Source: Nitrosopumilus sp.
GTDB taxonomy: Archaea; Thermoproteota; Nitrososphaeria; Nitrososphaerales; Nitrosopumilaceae
Direction: 5' to 3'
Assembly: GCA_965197525.1 (NCBI GenBank)
Contig: OZ240211.1
Span: forward strand, 2,112,001 to 2,176,000
DNA: 64,000 bases
In this document: one piece after another, positions 60,974 to 64,000 of the stretch
Numbering within the stretch: the first letter of the stretch is position 1
Layout of the letters: the number at the start of each line of letters is the position of its first letter
The notes under the pieces: model-generated
Database searches by the model: none
Seen by the model: only the letters and a program-made list of their open reading frames with translations
Told to the model about the DNA's origin: nothing
Made by a program: the position numbers and the translations under genes

Positions 60974-62056
60974 GTGGATACAATGGACGAGGCAACATAC
61001 AGAATACTGGACATACTGTCACGAAGACTGGGCGCCCCCATGTCCATCAATGAGATTACAAAAAACATTGATGAAATACATGGCGGAACCTATTATGCCA
61101 ACACGCATAAAAAGATCAAGGAACTTGACAGGGAAGAAATACTGACACTGACAAAGACTGGCAGGTCATCTCTTGTGTCGCTCAACTTTGATAACTATAT
61201 GGTAATTGGCATGCTTGCAGAAATGGAGCTCAAACGCAAACATGATTTTCTGAAAGGAAAGCAAGAGATACAGATGTTCATGTTGGAAACTGATACGTAT
61301 CTTCGTAGCATTCCTCTAATATCCCATATACTGCTGATGTATCCGGAAAAAAATACAAAGCTGAACAAAGCAGAGATGCTGATTCATCTGAAAGAATCCG
61401 ACGACAAAAAAGCACTTGAAGGGACAAAGATCCAAATTCATGCAATGGCAGAAACCTTGCAGCAAACCTGCAACATAAGGATTGATTATCTTGCACTGGA
61501 GAACGGGACATTTATTGATCTGCTCAAATCAAATGAGCGCAATACGGTCAGAGAGATGCTGCACGACAAGATTGCAATACTGCACCCTCAGGATTTTTGG
61601 TTGGATATGAAAAACGTAACAGGAAAAGGAATCAAAATATCTGCCATTTCACATGAGACAAGCCCTGCCAAAATATCTGAGGAAGATATTGTGTTTAATC
61701 TTGCACGGTTCGGATATGTGGAGATTGGATCCAAAGTCAAACAAGGAAAGCCGTTCTGCATAGAGTACGTAATATCATCAATAATGTTTCATGATGATGC
61801 AAGAAGGATTGATGCCGTCCCGGTAATCATCGCAAAGAACCCAAAAATAAGCTATGATCTGTTGTTGTTTCTTGCACGAAAGTATGGGTTTGGTGGCAAG
61901 ATGCTTGGCATACTGCGCACATTAAGAAACCTGGTTGCACATGGAATGAATACAGTAGATGAGCCAATAGCACTGCTGGAAGCCATGAGGATAGAAGAGG
62001 TAAAGGCAGACGCCAAGAGCATCGAAGAAAAATTGAGGCTGTACAATGTCACTTGA
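60974..62056 (+). CDS. wHTH-containing antitoxin-like protein
   Basis: N-terminal HTH ('MSINEITK..YYANTHKKIKEL'); C-terminal 'IDAVPVIIAKN..ISYDLL'; overlaps the NTase gene. Confidence 0.7.
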   Translation: MDTMDEATYRILDILSRRLGAPMSINEITKNIDEIHGGTYYANTHKKIKELDREEILTLTKTGRSSLVSLNFDNYMVIGMLAEMELKRKHDFLKGKQEIQMFMLETDTYLRSIPLISHILLMYPEKNTKLNKAEMLIHLKESDDKKALEGTKIQIHAMAETLQQTCNIRIDYLALENGTFIDLLKSNERNTVREMLHDKIAILHPQDFWLDMKNVTGKGIKISAISHETSPAKISEEDIVFNLARFGYVEIGSKVKQGKPFCIEYVISSIMFHDDARRIDAVPVIIAKNPKISYDLLLFLARKYGFGGKMLGILRTLRNLVAHGMNTVDEPIALLEAMRIEEVKADAKSIEEKLRLYNVT

Positions 62057-62561
62057 TAACACAAAACTGCTTGATTTTCTCGAAGAGATAGACAGGGAAC
62101 TTTCTTGCAAAATTGTCATAGTTGCAGTGGGAGGTACTGCAATGACACTTGTGAATGCAAAGCCGTCCACCATAGACATTGATTTTACCATTCCAGGCGG
62201 GGATTATGACGAGCTTGAGCGCGCAAGGAAGATTGTACAGCCAGGCTTTCGGGTGAATGTTTTTCGCGATGGTGCAGTGTTTGTAACCGTTCTGCCTGAT
62301 GACTATCTGGAAAAAAGCATGTCGATTGCAACAAACCTCAAAAACATTGATCTTAGGGTTTTGGACCCGGTGGATATCATAATTACAAAGATTGAAAGGC
62401 TTGACGGACGAGACGTACAGGACATAGAGTCGTGCATAACCAATTTTCAGATAACTCAAAAACAGATTGAACAGCGGGCAAAAGACATGAATTATGCAGG
62501 AAACAGCGAGGTCTTTGTGAGCAATCTCAAAACGGTGCTGGGAAGATTCTTCAAAGAATAA
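62046..62561 (+). CDS. Small nucleotidyltransferase (DUF6036/AbiEii-like)
   Basis: 'VAVGGTAMTL...STIDIDF', 'TKIERL..RD.QD'. Confidence 0.8.
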   Translation: MSLDNTKLLDFLEEIDRELSCKIVIVAVGGTAMTLVNAKPSTIDIDFTIPGGDYDELERARKIVQPGFRVNVFRDGAVFVTVLPDDYLEKSMSIATNLKNIDLRVLDPVDIIITKIERLDGRDVQDIESCITNFQITQKQIEQRAKDMNYAGNSEVFVSNLKTVLGRFFKE

Positions 62562-62706
62562 CATGCTTTTTTTATTTGATTAAATTAATTGTAACAGACA
62601 CCTGAATCCATATCGGAGTTAGATTGTAAACATTCGGCATACACAACATCCAACTGTTTTGGTCTAATAACATGAATAGAATCTTTATTTATTTTGTAAT
62701 ATTTTT

Positions 62707-63800
62707 GTAACTAGATAGTTTTTTGACACGTTTTAATCAGATGTGCATACATTATATCAAGAAAATTATCCTTCTTTGCCTTGCATGTTTGTTTTACACT
62801 CATCAGCACGGCTATGGCCGCTGCACCTTCCTCGGATCTGCTTCCGTAGCTGTTGTTGCGCAGTATGACACACGGTCTGATGCCTCTCTCTGCAGAGTTG
62901 TTATGCCATTCCACCCCTTTAACTTCAAGGAATGTAAACAGATGGTCTTTCACCCTTTTGAGCCTCTTGAACATCTTTTTACAATGCTTGTCCGTCTCTC
63001 TGCTGAGTCTGTTGAGAAGATCATAAATGCGTCTGTCCAGCTTTTTCTTGGCCGCAAGCGCCTTTTTTCCTCCCGGTGCCGCAGTGATGTGTGAATCCTC
63101 AAGTATGCGTCTGAACGTCTGTGCATGTTTTTTATAATCGGCACTTGGGGAGTGATATAGATTTGTCTCTTTGATGTTGCGGATGTAATGCACGTGGCAT
63201 TTTTGATGTTCTCCTCCAACGTGATTCCGCGCACCCCACGAGTCAGATCCAACAACCCCTTCATATTCTGGGCCAAGCATCTTTTTCGGCACGGCAGCTT
63301 TTCTGGTTTTGTCCACATGGTATAGGGCAGCATATTTTGTTACAACCACCCACAACCAGTGATTTGCACCGTCAACGCGCCAGGAGCTCTCATCCCCGTT
63401 ACATGTCGGGGACTGGCGTACCTCTTCTCTGATCTGCTCGTACAGCGGTCCGAGCTTGCGTGCCATTCTGAGTATCATGCGATTTATGGCGGATTCTGTT
63501 ATGGATATGGCGTAAATCATTGCAAGGATTTCGCGTATTCTCAGGTTGGACATTCCGTGCAGCTTTAGCACCGTTACCATCATCATGAGGTTTATTCCAA
63601 ATCTGGAATTGGGGAGTGCCAGAGTCGTCCTCCCGGAGACTATTTTTTTGCAGTTGGTGCATCGTCTTCTTTTGACGGTTATCCTTGTAATTTTGGTCTT
63701 TATCTGTTCAATTTCAGTTATGACTCTTTCGTACTCGTCGAGTACTTTTGAGAGATGGCAGGAGTTGACGCGATTTACCGTTTGCTACATGCCAGAACAC
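62707..63800 (-). mobile_element. IS66-family transposase (TnpC), N-terminally broken, with intact right end
   Basis: 'NGDESSWRVDG..HWLW', 'VGSD', 'QKCHVHYIRN', 'HNNSAERGIRP..ILR..S.GSRS..GA'; TIR GTAACTAGATAGTTTTTTGA at 62707. Confidence 0.88.
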
Positions 63801-63846
63801 ATGTAAAAGCAGTAATCTTTTTAACGTTATTGAGGCTAATAATGCC

Positions 63847-64000
63847 ATGAGCACTACCATACAAAAAAAGACGTACTCGGTCATAATAACCAAAGATGAT
63901 GACGGGATCTTCGTTGGAAGGTGCGATGAGCTGCATGCGAACTCACAAGGTAAGACGTTTGGGGAGATTGTAGAGAACATGCGAGAAGCAGTAGAGCTTG
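63847..64000 (+). CDS. HicB-like antitoxin, truncated by window edge
   Basis: Manual translation MSTTIQKKTYSVIITKDDDGIFVGRCDELHANSQGKTFGEIVENMREAVEL. Confidence 0.75.
   Translation, partial: MSTTIQKKTYSVIITKDDDGIFVGRCDELHANSQGKTFGEIVENMREAVEL

Noticed and set aside
49605-64000. tRNA-Arg as att site of an integrative element
   Set aside because: Accessory DNA begins right after it, but no duplicated tRNA 3' end or integrase is visible in the window; it could lie beyond 64000

Overview
Archaeal DNA, most likely a Nitrosopumilaceae-type Nitrososphaerota (Thaumarchaeota). The support is TFB, Gar1, SRP19, eS8, aIF-1A, intron-containing tRNAs and a thaumarchaeal-type 'SPxKQ...C...CL' domain. The backbone carries tetrapyrrole genes (hemC-cobA-hemD; hemB-hemA-sirC; fused ahbAB; a chlorite-dismutase-family gene), the SUF cluster (sufB-sufD-Rieske-sufS-sufU; sufC separate), pgk, SSB, scpA/B, tfb and three tRNAs (Leu-CAA and Tyr-GTA with introns, Arg-GCG). 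Several core genes contain trinucleotide-microsatellite insertions. The backbone is interrupted by many accessory inserts: IS remnants (ISH3-, IS481-, IS6-, IS5-, IS66-like), one apparently intact IS3, two copies of an IS66-type MITE, and five nucleotidyltransferase toxin-antitoxin-like modules. An island runs from tRNA-Arg (49.7 kb) to the window end. The best novelty candidates are: (1) an intact TnpB as sole cargo of a 1288-bp element with perfect 25-bp IS6-type terminal inverted repeats and an 8-bp target duplication; (2) a ribosomal-protein eS27-PIN nuclease fusion next to a DinG helicase; (3) a MORC/GHKL ATPase fused to an AbiEi-like domain and coupled to an AbiEii nucleotidyltransferase. 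All family assignments come from motif reading by eye; no database searches were run.
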